From Octopus vulgaris (Eukaryota), in NCBI GenBank assembly GCA_951406725.2, contig OX597839.1:10106001-10170000 (forward strand): a stretch of 64,000 nt of DNA, in the 5' to 3' direction. A model generated the notes under the pieces. It saw only the letters and a program-made list of their open reading frames with translations. It was not told where the DNA came from and ran no database searches. The position numbers and the translations under genes were made by a program. Below, piece by piece: positions 41,644-55,780 of the stretch; the stretch's first letter is position 1, and each line of letters begins with the position of its first letter.

Positions 41644-41674
<31 letters not shown>

Positions 41675-43194
41675 TTGTGCGTGTGTGTGTCCCAACATCA
41701 CTTGACATCGATGCTGGTGTGTTTACGTCCCCTTAACTTAGCAGTTCAGCATAAGAGACTGATAGAATAAGTACTAAGCTTACAAAGAATAAGTCCTGGG
41801 GTCGATTTGCTCGACTAAAGGCGGTGCTCCAGCATGGCCGCACTCAAAATGACTGAAAAGAATAAAAGAGAAAAGAATAATTGTAACCTAGATATCAAAA
41901 ACAAAATTTCATCGGAAAATATACAAGAAAGTTCTGAGGAAACAGTTAGGTGAAGTTGTCAGCTAAACACTGGTTATGCTCTCGTATATACTTACATACA
42001 AACACATGTACAGAGAGAGAAAGAGGGAGAGGGGGTGATTCAGTCTATCCAAGATTATTAATACTAACTACTTGAATAAATAAAAAAAAAAAGAAAAAGA
42101 AAACTAGTTGGAATTGAATTCATAACTGTAAAGCTGGTGGCATGTAAAAAGCACCCACTACACTCTCGGAGTGGTTGGCATTAGGAAGGGCATCCAGCTG
42201 TAGAAACTCTGCCAGATCAAGATTGGAGCCTGGTGCAGCCATCTGGTTCGTTAGTCCTCAGTCAAATCGTACAACCCATGTTAGCATGGAAAGCGAGAGC
42301 TAAACGATGATGAGGTGAGCTGGCAGAATCGTTAGCACACCGGGCGAAATGCTTATCGGTATTTCGTCTGCCGCTACGTTCTGAGTTCAAATTCTGCCGA
42401 GGTCGACTTTGCCTTTCATCCTTTCGGGGTCGATTAAATAAGTACCAGTTACGTACTGGGGTCGATATAATCGACTTAATCTGTTTGTCTGTCATTGTTT
42501 GTCCTCTCTGTGTTTAGCCCCTTGTGGGTAGTAAAGAAAAAGATGATGATGATGGTGATGAAAGGTACCAAACTTGACGGTTTTACTGCCATGATCATCT
42601 CTGTAACATCTTTGCTTATAATGAGATGTTAGAAATATTTTTCAAGACCTGCTCATCACAACAGAATTAAAATCCTAATGTAAAAAGCATTGCTGTTGGG
42701 TGCTGGTGCCATGTAAAAAGTATTCAGTACAATCTGTAAAGTGGTCAGTGCAGCCCCTGGCCTTGCCAATTTCTGTCAAGTGGTCCAAACCATGCCAGCG
42801 TAGAAAATGGACTTCAAATATTGATGACTAGCACTATGACCCCGCAACGCCGGGTCATAGTGCTAGTGCATGCATATACAGCTGCATGCGTGCACACATA
42901 CACGTGAGTACTGTCCAAATCTCCGACCAATCACATACAGCTAGCTGGCATTCAATTGGTGTATCAAGTTTCGGGCATTTTGATTGGGTTTTGGATAGAA
43001 AATTCACAAAAAGTCACTTCTATTGATTTTTTAATGGCTTTGGGGGGGTTACTGGGGAAATGTAAAGATGTGCACGACCACCCTTGGACGGTTTTGAATG
43101 ACCATAGAAAGTGTGAGCCCTCTAACTGAAAAATTGTGGATTTGTATAAAGGACACACACGCAGACAATTTGCCGTTTATATATATAGAGATGA

Positions 43195-43239
<45 letters not shown>

Positions 43240-43255
43240 CTCTCTCTCTCTCTCA

Positions 43256-43319
<64 letters not shown>

Positions 43320-43760
43320 GCCTCTCTCATGAGCTGTGATGATTTTGCCTCTCCTAACGGCATTACCAAGGTAAGTGGAGCAGACAAGTTATTGGAGCTA
43401 CACAATTCAACAGATTGTTATTATTCAAACTGCTAGAAATAACAACCAAATTTCTCAGAGAATCATTACATGGAAGTATACATTGGATAATCTAATCAGG
43501 TGGTGGGGGATGATATGATGGTTATGACTGGAATACCTTTCTGTATATGTTTGCTTTTTTTAGGGCCAACCTAGGGCTAAATAACAACACCTGTGTTCAA
43601 TACATGGTCCCTGTTCACTGTAACCTGATTATATCACCACCTCATAGAATGATGACCAGTATTCAGTTATTTCTTTACCTTTTATTTCAAATATTGCAAG
43701 ATCTTTTCTTCTGCCTTTTGACCAGCATTCTCTCCCCTACACATATGTTGGTATCTTGCC

Positions 43761-43804
<44 letters not shown>

Positions 43805-46800
43805 GTTCTTTATTACTCTTACTTTCTGTTCATGCTTGTCTAACCCTGTTGCACATCCCATTTTCTTGGATCATCTCTTATTCTCGCTGTCATTCTATGC
43901 CCCATAGGAACAAATGAGACAACGGACATGGTAAGTCATTAGTATATGGTGTTTATTTAACAGTAATATGAATTGTGTAGTCGCAGGAGTGGCTGTGAGG
44001 TAAGTAGCTTGCTTACCAACCACATGGTCTTGGGTTCAGTCCTACTGCATGGCCTCTTGGGCAAGTGTCTTCTACTATAGCCTTGTGAGTGGATTTGGTA
44101 GATGAAAACTGAAAGAAGCCTGTTGTATATATGTATATATATATATATATGAATGTATGTATGTTTGTATGTCTGTATTTGTTCTCCCAACATCGCTTGA
44201 CAACCGATGGTAGTGTATTTACGCCCCCATAACTTTGTGGATCGGCATAAGAGATCGATAGAATAAGTACTAGGCTAACAAAGAATAAGTCCTGGGGTTG
44301 ATTTGTTCGACTAAAGGCGGTGCTCCAGCATGGCCACAGTCAAGTGAGTGAAACAAATAAAAGAGTGAAAGATATATATATATAAGGTCACCCCATAAAT
44401 AATGTGGTTTTTTTCAATTAAACTAAAAGTAGCAGGGGGACCGGATAAACTACCTGCATCAATTTGCTATAAAAGCAGGTAGTAATTTTACCTTGTCCTT
44501 ATTTTTAGTGCAAGTTTTGAAGAGTACAGTTCAATTTTAACAGTTATTTTTCTCAAAGCTATAATCAAAGTGACAAAGGAGCATATTCAAAATATTTTGC
44601 TTTATGAGTTCAATAAAGGCAACAATGCAACAGAAAGTGCGAGGAATATTAATGCAGTATATGGGGAATGGAGAATAAGCATAAACCAGTGTCAACAGTG
44701 GTTCCAGAAATTCTGAGCTAGAAACTACAGCGCAGAAGACAAGCCTCATTCTGGAAGATCTGTAGAGCTCAATGAGGGTGTCCTGCAAACCCTGGTAGAA
44801 GAAAAATCCCATCGTAACTGTTGAGGAACTAGCAGAGAAACGTGGATTTGGTCATTCAACCATTCATCAACACCTGCAAGCCATTGGAAATGTCAGCAAA
44901 CTGGGTCAGTGGGTTCCTTGCAAACTTTCCGAGTCTAATTGCGCGCAGGGAGTGAATGTGTGCTCTTTGCTGCCACATCTCACGAATTAACCTTTTTTTG
45001 GACCAAATGGTGACTGGTGGCAAGAAATGGGTTCTCTATAAAAATGTTAAGTGCTGAAGACAGTAGGTAGGGAAAGGAGAAACACTGGCACGCCAGGCTA
45101 AAGAAGGTCTTCACTCATGTAAGGTGTTATCTGTTTGGTGAGATACGAAAGGTTTAGTTCACTTTGAACTTTGAACTTTTAAACCCAAACCCAAATGATA
45201 ACAAAGGAGATCTACTGCAAGCAGCTTGAGCGGCTTAAGTCAGTGCTAGAAGAAAAATGACCATCTTTGGTTTCCATCAGGATAATGCTTGATCACATAC
45301 AGCGAAGATGACCTTCCAAAGGCTGGAGCAGTTTGAATGCAAAACGATGCTCCACCAACCGTATTCGCTGGACATTGCTTCATCTGATTATCATTAATTC
45401 CACAGTCTTCAAAATAATTTGGATAGAAAAAGTATGAATTCTGTAGACAAGGTCAGAAGAGTACTGGAGGTGTATTTTTTGCCATGGATAAATGAATTTT
45501 GGAAGAGGGGCCTTGCAAGTCTCCCAGATAGATGGAAGAGTATTGCAGAAAATGAAGGAGTGTATATTTCAGATTAAAAAAGAACTTTATCTTAATTTTG
45601 AAAAATAAAAGAAGTATAAATAAACTGCATTATCTATGGGATGACTCTATATATATATATATAGATAGATATAAAAACACACACACACAATTTGAAATCT
45701 ACACTCCTGACAATATTCATTATCCAGAGAAGTGAACCCAGATTTACCTGTTCAGAGTAATTTCAGTGGGATTGCTAATACTAAGTGATCATTGATGCTT
45801 ATTACTACTTGATGTGATTAGCCATAACCTGGAACATACCTGAGAGCTATCCGGATACCTGCCTAGATAATTTATTCCCATACACTCATCTTGTATATAT
45901 ATATTTGGATATACAAACAAGAGGAACAATCTTCAGTTTATTTAGAGTTTATTCAAAACTGAAGCATTACTCTGTTGTTCTTCTAAATTTCTCAAAGCAT
46001 TCGTAATGGGACACTTGTGATGATGAAGTGAAGCCTGAACTGGAACAATGAATGCTAATAATACAGATGGTACTGGACAGCAAAAGTTATTTAAACTAGC
46101 CATGTCTGGCCTAAATAGTCTACCCGTTTTATGTTCAAACTGGTTAGATGTTGCCTCTCATGCAAACCCTATAATATCATTGTAAAAATTTACAATTAAC
46201 TTGCCAAAATCTCATAGTTATAAGAAAATGCATGATTAATTCACGACAACATCATCATCATCATCGTTTAACATCCGTTCTCCTTGCTAGCATTGGTTGG
46301 ACGGTTCGACCGGGGATCTGGGAAGCCAGAAGGCTGCACCAGGCTCAAGTCTGATCTGGCAGTGTTTCTACAGCTGGATGCCCTTCCTAATGCCAGCCAC
46401 TCCGTGAGTGTAGTGGGTGCTTTTTGCATACCAGGGAAGGCTGGCAATGGCCACGATCGGATTGGTGCTTTTTACGTGTCACCGGCACAGAAGCCAGTCA
46501 AAACGGCGCTGGCATCGGCCACGTTCGGATGGCGCTTTTTACGTGTCACCGGCACGGAAGCCAGTCTAGGCGGCACTGGCAACATGAATAAATAATCATT
46601 ACATTTGAATCTGAATTCTAAAGAGTTAATGGATTGAAGAAGAAACAGATGTTATTACCAGGAACATTGCCCCAACCATAGCAAAATTGGAAACTCATTT
46701 TCCCATGATGTGACACATGTACCATTGCAGGAGAAATCAATAACTCACCCACCTTATGGCATATTCTGCTTTTAGTTTTTGTTTCAAATCTTATGGTTCT

Positions 46801-49800
46801 CAGTCTGAAAATGCTAGGGACATTTGGTTGCTTCATTGACACAGGTCAGTCTGTTGGATAACATCCTCCTTTTGTTTGTTCATGCTTCATTGAGCAGATC
46901 AGTTTACATCTCCTTTAATTCATCATCAACCCCAATAATGTTACTGGTATTTTATTTTATTGATCTAGAAAGGTGGGATTTGAACTCAAAATAAATACTG
47001 CAAAACAACAACACAGATAATAAGGGTTTCAAGTATTGGCACAAGGCTGAAATTTGTGGGAGGAGGACTAGTCGATAACATTGACCCCAGTGCTCAACTG
47101 ATACTTATTTCCTCGACCCTGAAAGGATGAAAGGCAAACTTGATCTTAGTGGAATTTGAACTCAGTATGTAAAATCGGACCAAAAGCCACTAAGCATTTT
47201 GCCTGGTATGCTAATGATTCTGCCAGCTTACTGCCTTATTATAATAATACATTCTACTATAGGCACAAGGCCTGAGATAGGAGGGGACTAGTTGATTACA
47301 TCGAATAAGCACGTAATTGGTACTTATTTCTTCAACCCTAAAAGGATGAAAGGCAAAGTTGAACTTGGAGCATAGTGACAGACAAAACGCCATGCTAATG
47401 ATTCTGCCAGCTTGCCACCTTATGAGAATAATAATAATAATAATCCTAAAGGCATAAGGCCTGAAATTTTGTGGGAGGGGACTGGTTGATTATATTGTTC
47501 CCAGAATTTTACTGATACTTAATTTATCGACTCCGAAAGGATGAAAGGTAAAGTTGATCTTGGTGGAATTTGAACTCAGAACGTTGTGACAGACAAAATA
47601 GTGCTAAGCATTTCATCTGGCATAATAATGATAATCCTAAAGTCATAAGGCCTAGAATTTTGTGGGACGTACTAGTCAGTTACATTGATCCCAGAATTTC
47701 ACTGGTACTTAATTTATCATTTCTGAAAGGATGAAAGGCAAGGTCGACCGTGGCCGAATTTGAACTCAGAACGTAATGACAGATGAAATACCATTAAGCA
47801 TTTTGTGTGGCATGTTAACGATCCTGCCAGCTTGCCACCTTATGATAATAATAATAATAATAATAATAATAATAGTAATAATAATCCTTTCTACTAAATG
47901 CACAAGGCCTGAAATTTTTGGAGAAGGGACAGGACTAGTCGATTACATTGATCCCAGAATTTCACTGGTACTTAGTTTATTGACCCTGAAAGGATGAAAG
48001 GCAAAGTCGACCTTGGCAGAATTTGAACTCAGAATGTAGCATTTTGCCTGATGTGCTATTCATTCTGCCAGCTCTTGGCTTTAATAATAATAGTAATAAT
48101 AATAATAATAATCTTTTCTACTCTAGGCACAAGGCCTGAAATTTTTCGAGAGGGGACTAGTCAATTAGATCGACCTCAATATTCAACTGGTACTTAATTT
48201 ATTGACCCTGAAAGGATGAAAGGCAAATCTGAACTCAGAATGTAAAGATGGATGAAATCTTACCTGATATTCCATTGATTCTGCCATGTTATCGTCTTAA
48301 TAATAATAATGAGTTTCGAATTTTTCCATGAGGGCAGCAGGTTTGGGGGAGGGGATGAATCGATTACATTGACTCTAGTATTCAGCTGGTACCTATTTTA
48401 TCGACTCTGAAAAGATGAAAGGTAAAGTCGACCTTGGTGGAATTTGAACTCAGAATGTAGCGATGGGTGGAATACTGCTAAACATTTCATCCAGTGCGCT
48501 AATGATTCTGCCAGCTCACCACCTTAATAATAATGATAATAATAATAATAATAATCCTTTCTGCTATAGGCGCAAGGCCTCTAGGTTCAGGGAGGAGGTT
48601 AGTTGATTACATCAGCCTCAGTGCTCAACTGGTGCTTACTTTATTGACCCCGAAAGGATGAAAGGCAAAGTTGACTTCAGCAGAATTTGAACTTGGAACA
48701 TTTAAATGGACAAAAAGCTGTTAGGCATTTTCCCCAGCATGGTAATGATTCTCCCTGCTTGCTGCCTTAAATAATAATAACTGCATCTAATTTAGGTACG
48801 AGGTTGGCAATTTTGAGGGGGGAAGGTTAGTCGATACTAATGACCTCAGTACTTGACTGGTATTTTATTTTATTGACCCTGAAAGGATGAAAGGCAAAGT
48901 TGAACCCAGAAGGATTTGAACTCAGAACAAACGGAATTGAATCGAAATACTGGGCTTTATAATTTATCCAATCCACTGCAGTATTTATGTCCATTTTTTT
49001 GGGAAATTTACCTAAAATTTATAAGATTTCAATATTGAAAACAAATCAAGACGGTGAGCTGGCAGAATTGTTAGCACACCAGGTATAAATGCTTAACCAC
49101 AATTTGTCTTTACGTTTTGAGTTCAGATTGCCTTTCATACCTTTGGGGGTCAATAAGATAAGGACCAGTTGAGCACTAGGATTACTGTAATCAACTTAAC
49201 TCTTCCCTCAAAATTACTGGCCTTGTGCCAAAATTTGAAACCAATATTAAGAACAAATCAAATTCATCAGCTGTGTTGGTAGGATTTGTTTTGACTGTTA
49301 ATCTCAGTCAGTTTAAGAGTTTTGACTTGCTTGAAATAACAGCTAAATGTCTGAAATCATATCAATAATACAAACATATTTAAGAATATCATCTCATATA
49401 AATTATATTCGAAATAATATAGGATAGTCATGGCTGGACTACTTGGTCGATCCTGACACTGGGAGTAAACAGTAACATGTACAAAATCTATATTTTGCTG
49501 AACATCCCTGACCTCACTGACCTATGATTATATCATTAAGTATGAGAGGTCATCAGTTCTGTTGATGTTGAACATCAGGGGAGGTAAGTCATTCAGTGCT
49601 GGTTGATATACCAGTTGCAACAAGCAATGGGGAAATAATATCTCACTACAACATCCATTGGCTCCTGTACAGGCCTTTATTCTACTTGTTTGACAATAGG
49701 TGCACTTTAACTTGGGAAGACGAGGAGGAGTTTAGCAGTAGGTTTGTTGCTGTTGAGTCCCAGGTGAGTTCCAAAATAAGCAGGTACATAATCAAAACTG

Positions 49801-52800
49801 TTTGATCCACCTATGACTTTCCCATTTTGTTTTTCGCCAGACACAGTGTATGCAAGGTCTACTTCTTTTGAACCCTTTAGCATTCAGATTACTCTGTTAA
49901 ATTTAATTATGCATTATCTTGTGGTTTTGAGATTTGAAGGATATGTTTCTTTTATCTTTTACTTATTTCAGTCATTTTGACTGTGGCCATGCTGGGGCAA
50001 CATCTTTGAAGGGGTTTTTTTTTTAGTCAAAAACATCACCCTCCACCAATTTATTTTATTGGTCTCTTTTGCTGGACTGCTAAGTTACAGGGATGTAAAC
50101 ACACCAACAACTGTTGTCAACACACACACACACATACATGGCTTTGGTTGGCTTGTCACTTGCTCGAGGTGTCATGCTGTGGGACTGAACCTGGAAGCAT
50201 GTGTTTGGGAAGCAAGTGAGAGGCTGGGTCTGGCTAATTTGATCACAAAACAGGTCGAATATTTTGACCAGATATGGGTGGCTTAAATGCGAGAAGTTTA
50301 CATGATCAGGGAACTCATGCAAAATTCAAACCCATTATCTATATTTCTAGCTTTTCTACCCTTTCATCAGCTTGAATCCTCACCTACAAATAATGAATTT
50401 TAAGTCATCTTTATTGGCTTGGTGTGAAATCACCATAAGTTTTGTCAAATTTCACTAATTTTTTTTATTTTCCTTTCCAGTTTTTGCCCAACAGATGTGA
50501 AGTTCACCACATGTTCTGATGATGGCACTGTTCGGATCTGGGACTTCCAGAGATGTCACGAAGAAAAAATTCTGAGAGGTAAGTTTCTCTGTTGCAGGAA
50601 TTTATATATGCTACATCTACAGTCCACTGTCCTGTCTACTGAACAGGAGAGCAGCACTGTAAAGGGAGCTTCTATATGGTTATCTCTATATATATAAATG
50701 GCAAAATGTCTGTGTGCGTGTCCTTTATACAAATCCATAATTTTTCAGTTAGAGGGCTCGCACTTTCTATGGTCATTCAAAACCATCCAAGGATGGTCGT
50801 GCACATCTTTACATTTCCCCAATCACCCCGCAAAGCCATTAAAAAATCAATAGAAGTGACTTTTTTGTGAATTTTCTATCCAAAACCCAATCAAAGTGCC
50901 TGAAACTTGATACGCCAATTGAATGCCAGCTAGCTGTATGTGATTGGTCGGAGATTTGGACAGTACTTGCGTGTATGTGCGCACGCATGCAGCTGTATAT
51001 GCATGCACTAGCACTATGAAATTGCAGCCCAAATCCCTCAAATTACATCCTACTGACTTGCAAAAGGAATGTCGATACACAATTCTTAAGAAAAAGATGG
51101 AATGGTCATAGCTGGAAGGTCTTTGATCATAGGTCTGAATGGTGAGGGTTAAGAAGAGTTGACAGACTCATTGTATTTTCAGGCCTTTAACCTTTCAGCA
51201 TTTGGATTACTCTATCAAATGCAGTGATTATTTATTCACATTGTTTTGAATTAATCTTGCATTATCTTGTAGCCTCCAGATTTAAATGATGTGATTGTAT
51301 ATTTTTAGAATGACATTGCAGAGTGGGTATGGATCTAGCTGGTCTGAACATAAAACGGGTGGAATATTTGGGTTGGCTATAGCCATTTTAAATACTAAAT
51401 GGTTAAACGTGACAGAAAGAATATTCTTGTTATATCTGAGTTTAGTGTGAAAACTATATTGTGTTAGTGGGTGTAAGGGGAAGATAGGTTGGGAAAGAAT
51501 TTCCTTCTAAGGGATTTATACAGTTCTGGGAAGAAGGATTGGAGAGACGTGTTTAGGAAGGAGTATGTTGCATAAGAAACTATTTGGCAGGGTTAGTCTG
51601 AAGGATGAGAGGGAGAGAGGTGATAGGGTAGGTATATATCAGAAAGATTTATTTATATGTCTATAAAGGTAAATGATCTTATTATATTTATTATCAAATT
51701 ATATTTATTAACTTTGCTGGTGCCATGTAAAAAGCACCCAGTCCATTTGGTAAAGTGGTTGGCATTAGAAAAGATATCCAGCTGTAAAAATGATGCTAAA
51801 ACAGACAGTAAAGCCTGGTCTAGTCCTTTGATTTACCATCTCCTATCAAGTCATCTCACTCATGTCAGCATGGAAAACACGAATTAAATGATGATGTTAA
51901 TGAACAATAACTCATTTCAGACATTTTGTTATACGGTATTTTTCATCACTGGTTTTCTTTTCTTTTTTCTTCTTCTTTTAAGGTCATGGAGCTGATGTCA
52001 AATGTGTTGACTGGCATCCACAGAAGGCACTCATTGCTTCAGGCAGTAAAGACAACCAACAACCCATTAAACTGTGGGACCCTAAGACATCGCAGTCTTT
52101 AGCTACAATGTAAGACCTGTGTTTCTATTCATGTGTGTGTGTATGTTTTCTCTTCTGTTTTTAATTATTTGAACTCTTTCTCTAAGGAAGAAGCTAATTT
52201 CTAACAAACATACAAAGCTCCATCATTGGAATGTAGATAATAAAACAAATTTGCATTTTAATCTTGAGAAAAGTCTTGCATATGTTTACTGTTCCACTTA
52301 CAGTTTGTATTTGTAACATGCAAGTTAGTTGGTTGATTTGTTTTTCTGAAAACCTTAGCTTATCCAGATTGTCAGACTGTCACAAAACCAAGTGCACTGA
52401 TTATTATTGGTATAAATGCAAATTTGTAATCTGGATGTAGAAGCTGGAGGCTTCAAAGCATTTGTCCATAATTATCCTTTTTCTCTTTGATTTGTACCAC
52501 TTTGCCAGTACCACTTGACTGGCCCTCTTGCTGGTGGCACGTAAAAGCACTCACTACACTCTCGGAATTGTTGGCGTTAGGAAGGGCATCCATCTGTAGA
52601 AACTCTGCCAGATCAAGATTGGAGCCTGGTGCAGCCTTCTGGTTCGCCAGTCCTCAGTCAAATCGTCCAACCCATGCTAGCATGGAAAGCGGACGTTAAA
52701 CGATGATGATAGTGGTTGCGATCGTGGCGTGGCAGCGGCAGCACTTTGTCAGCTCTATGTGAATCATTTATTCTATAATGTTGATTTCTTGTTCATTTAT

Positions 52801-55748
52801 GAGTAATCCCTACAATACTCCTTAACTCTGTGCTTTCCTTTATCTTTTGCTGCAGCCATGCTCACAAGAGTACCGTGATGGAATTGAAATGGAACAGAAA
52901 TGGTAACTGGCTATTGACAGCATCGAGGGACCATTTGTTGAAGTTGTTTGATATTCGTAACATGAAAGAAGAAATGCAGACATTTAGGGGCCACAAAAAG
53001 GAAGCAACTGGTAAGGGTCATCATTATATTTTCTAACAAGTTTGTCTGTGCAGGTGGTACGTAAAAAGCACCCACTACACTCGTGGAGTGGTTGGCGTTA
53101 GGAAGGGCATCCAGCTGTAGAAACACTGCCAGATCAGACTGGAGCCTGGTGCAGCCCTGGCTTCCCAGACTCCGGTCGAACCGTCCAACCCGTGCTAGCG
53201 CGGAAAACGGACGTTAAACGATGATGATGATGATGAAGTTGTGGTGCACCTGAGCACTGTATACAATAATTTCATTATATTATATTATTGTCAGTATAGG
53301 GTGAGAGTGTGGGATATATGGATTTGTAGATTTTTGGTAGAGGGTTTGAATGTAGTGTAAAAATTAGTGTTTAGGATTTGAGTATAAGATTAAGATGAGT
53401 GTAGGATTGGCATACAGGTTATAGATTAATGCTTGAAAACAGGTGAGCATTGGTAACAGGAAGGGCATCCGGTCATGTTTATGTAAGGTTAGCGTGTAGA
53501 TGTGTTTATATGTGTATGACAGAATGTAAATGTTAGTTTATTTTGTTGTTGTTGTTGTTGTTGATGTGATAATTTTGGTTCTATTTATAATGTTTGGGTA
53601 GATTCCCTCAGTAGCTGCGACTCGGTGGTGGTTGTATAAGTTTGGGTTATATGGGTTGTGAATGTAAACAATTTTAGGTTGCAAGTACTTTTGAGAAAGG
53701 TTTCTAGGGTGCTGACTAAACTGATAGCATTGAGTTACGTCCCCTGATAGGTTGTCTGATCAAATCTTGTTGAGCACTTTGCTGGTCTTTTGAGTCAGAT
53801 GAAATAAATTTCAGTTGGATGGTAGAGCAGCTGATGATAAAGCACATTGTTGTATTTTGTTGCATTACTTATCTCTGGTCCACAGACGAAGGTAACATCC
53901 GGTGTGATGTCAGAGGCGGCTCGCGCCTTCCTCCTGCATCTCGTCTTTAAGTGTCTCTTATTTGTTCCTCAAATTTGCTAACTGTGTTGAAGATCGTGTG
54001 GCGCCAGACATCACGGTCCACAGCCAGGCCTGACCAGCATTGGTGGTCAATATGACATGCTGTTAGAGACTTCTTGAGGCAATCTTTGTAGCGCTTCCTC
54101 GGAGCTCCTCTCACTCGGTGGCCGGTGGAGAGTTCGCCAAACAGGGCAATCTTTGGAAGGCGATGGTTCTCCACTCTAAAGACATGCCCTGCCCATTGGT
54201 GGTGGTACTTCAGTAGCGTGGCTTCAATGCTGGGGATCTCGTCTATGGACAATGCTCACAGACCTGCTTTTCCCATATCGGACTCGTCAGTCATGAGCGT
54301 GCATGCACACGACATGGACAGCCTTCCTGATCTTCGTTTGCAAAGCCGAGCCATGATACTTTTCCCTGGAAATTGTTTGCCTTGTGCCAAAATTTGAAAC
54401 CATTGTAATCAACTAACTACCTCTCCCCTAACATTTGTGGCTAAATCTCAATATCAGATTTTTATTATTTGTTCATAATTTCTCAGCTCTATTTTTTTTT
54501 TTTTTTTTCAGCTGCTGCTTGGCACCCAATTCACGAGGGACTGTTCTGCAGTGGAGGATCAGATGGAACCATTATGTTCTGGCAAGTAGGGTAGGTATCT
54601 GGGTTGATATTGTTTGTGCCATGAAATAGGTTATGTGTCTCATGTAGCATAGTAGTTCACAGCCGTTGTTTTCCTTTGGACCCCTTTGATTCCTGTTTTA
54701 TTCTAATGGGCTCCCATAGCCATTTGAAGTTTTTAAAAAAAACCATTTTCTCCTCCTCCTTCTCCTCCTTTCAATGTCTGTTTCCCTTGCTGGCATTGTT
54801 TAACCCTTTCGTTACTGTATTTATTTTGAGATGCTCTGTGCTTCTTCTAATTATTTTAAATATAACCAAGAATTTAGTAAAATAACTTAATTATCATTGA
54901 GCTAGTGTTAGGAACATAAATTGTGACTAAGATTTGGTGGAAGATTTGAATTTAAAACTTATGAAAACAAGACATTTATACTAAAGAGCCAGAGCCGGTT
55001 TCAGCCGGGTTGGTAATGAAAGGGTTAAACAGTTTGACCAACCACATGGTTCCGGGTTCAGTCCCACTGCATGGCATCTTGGGCAAGTGCCTTCTACTAT
55101 AGCCTCGGGCTGACCAGTCTTGTGAGTGGATTTGGTAGACGGAAACTGAAAGAAGCCCATCGTATATATGTAAGCATTTCATCGGCATGCTAACGTTTCT
55201 GCAAGCTCACTGCCTTCCTTTAATTAAAATCTTGTTCACGTTTGATGGGTGTCAGTGGCGAAAAGCTTGCTGGAAATAGTGAATGAATGAGGGACAGGTG
55301 ATGTAAACAAACATGATACAAAAATGTGAACATACAAACAAACTAAAATAAATATACATTTTACAAACAAAAAGAAAATGGCCTTGAATATATAGTTAAA
55401 ACAACGAAAATGTCCTATAGGACAGGAAACTAAAAGACGCATGGTGGAAAAAGAAATCATGTTGAAAGTGTGTGTGTGTGTATCATTATAAGACTGTCAT
55501 GTTTATATTTAATGTTTCTCTTTCTCAGAATTGACAAAGAAGTAGGTGGAATGGAAGAAGCCCATGAAGGAATGGTATGGAGTCTGGCATGGCATCCTAT
55601 GGGACACATTCTAGCATCTGGTTCCAATGACCACACCACGTAAGTCTCTCAGCATTTATTATATACACACTGCCATTATACACATACAACACTCACAAAG
55701 TTCATGTGGCATGTTTTAACATATTACCACATAAGTTTCACAAAATGC

Positions 55749-55780
<32 letters not shown>

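Noticed and set aside
46930-48960. CRISPR-like regularly spaced repeats
   Set aside because: The locus is eukaryotic, whole units are homologous SINE copies, and there are no unique spacers or cas genes.
52819-52826. TCCTTAAC, a U12-type branch-point match before exon 8
   Set aside because: The intron's donor is gtaaga, not the U12 GTATCCT consensus.
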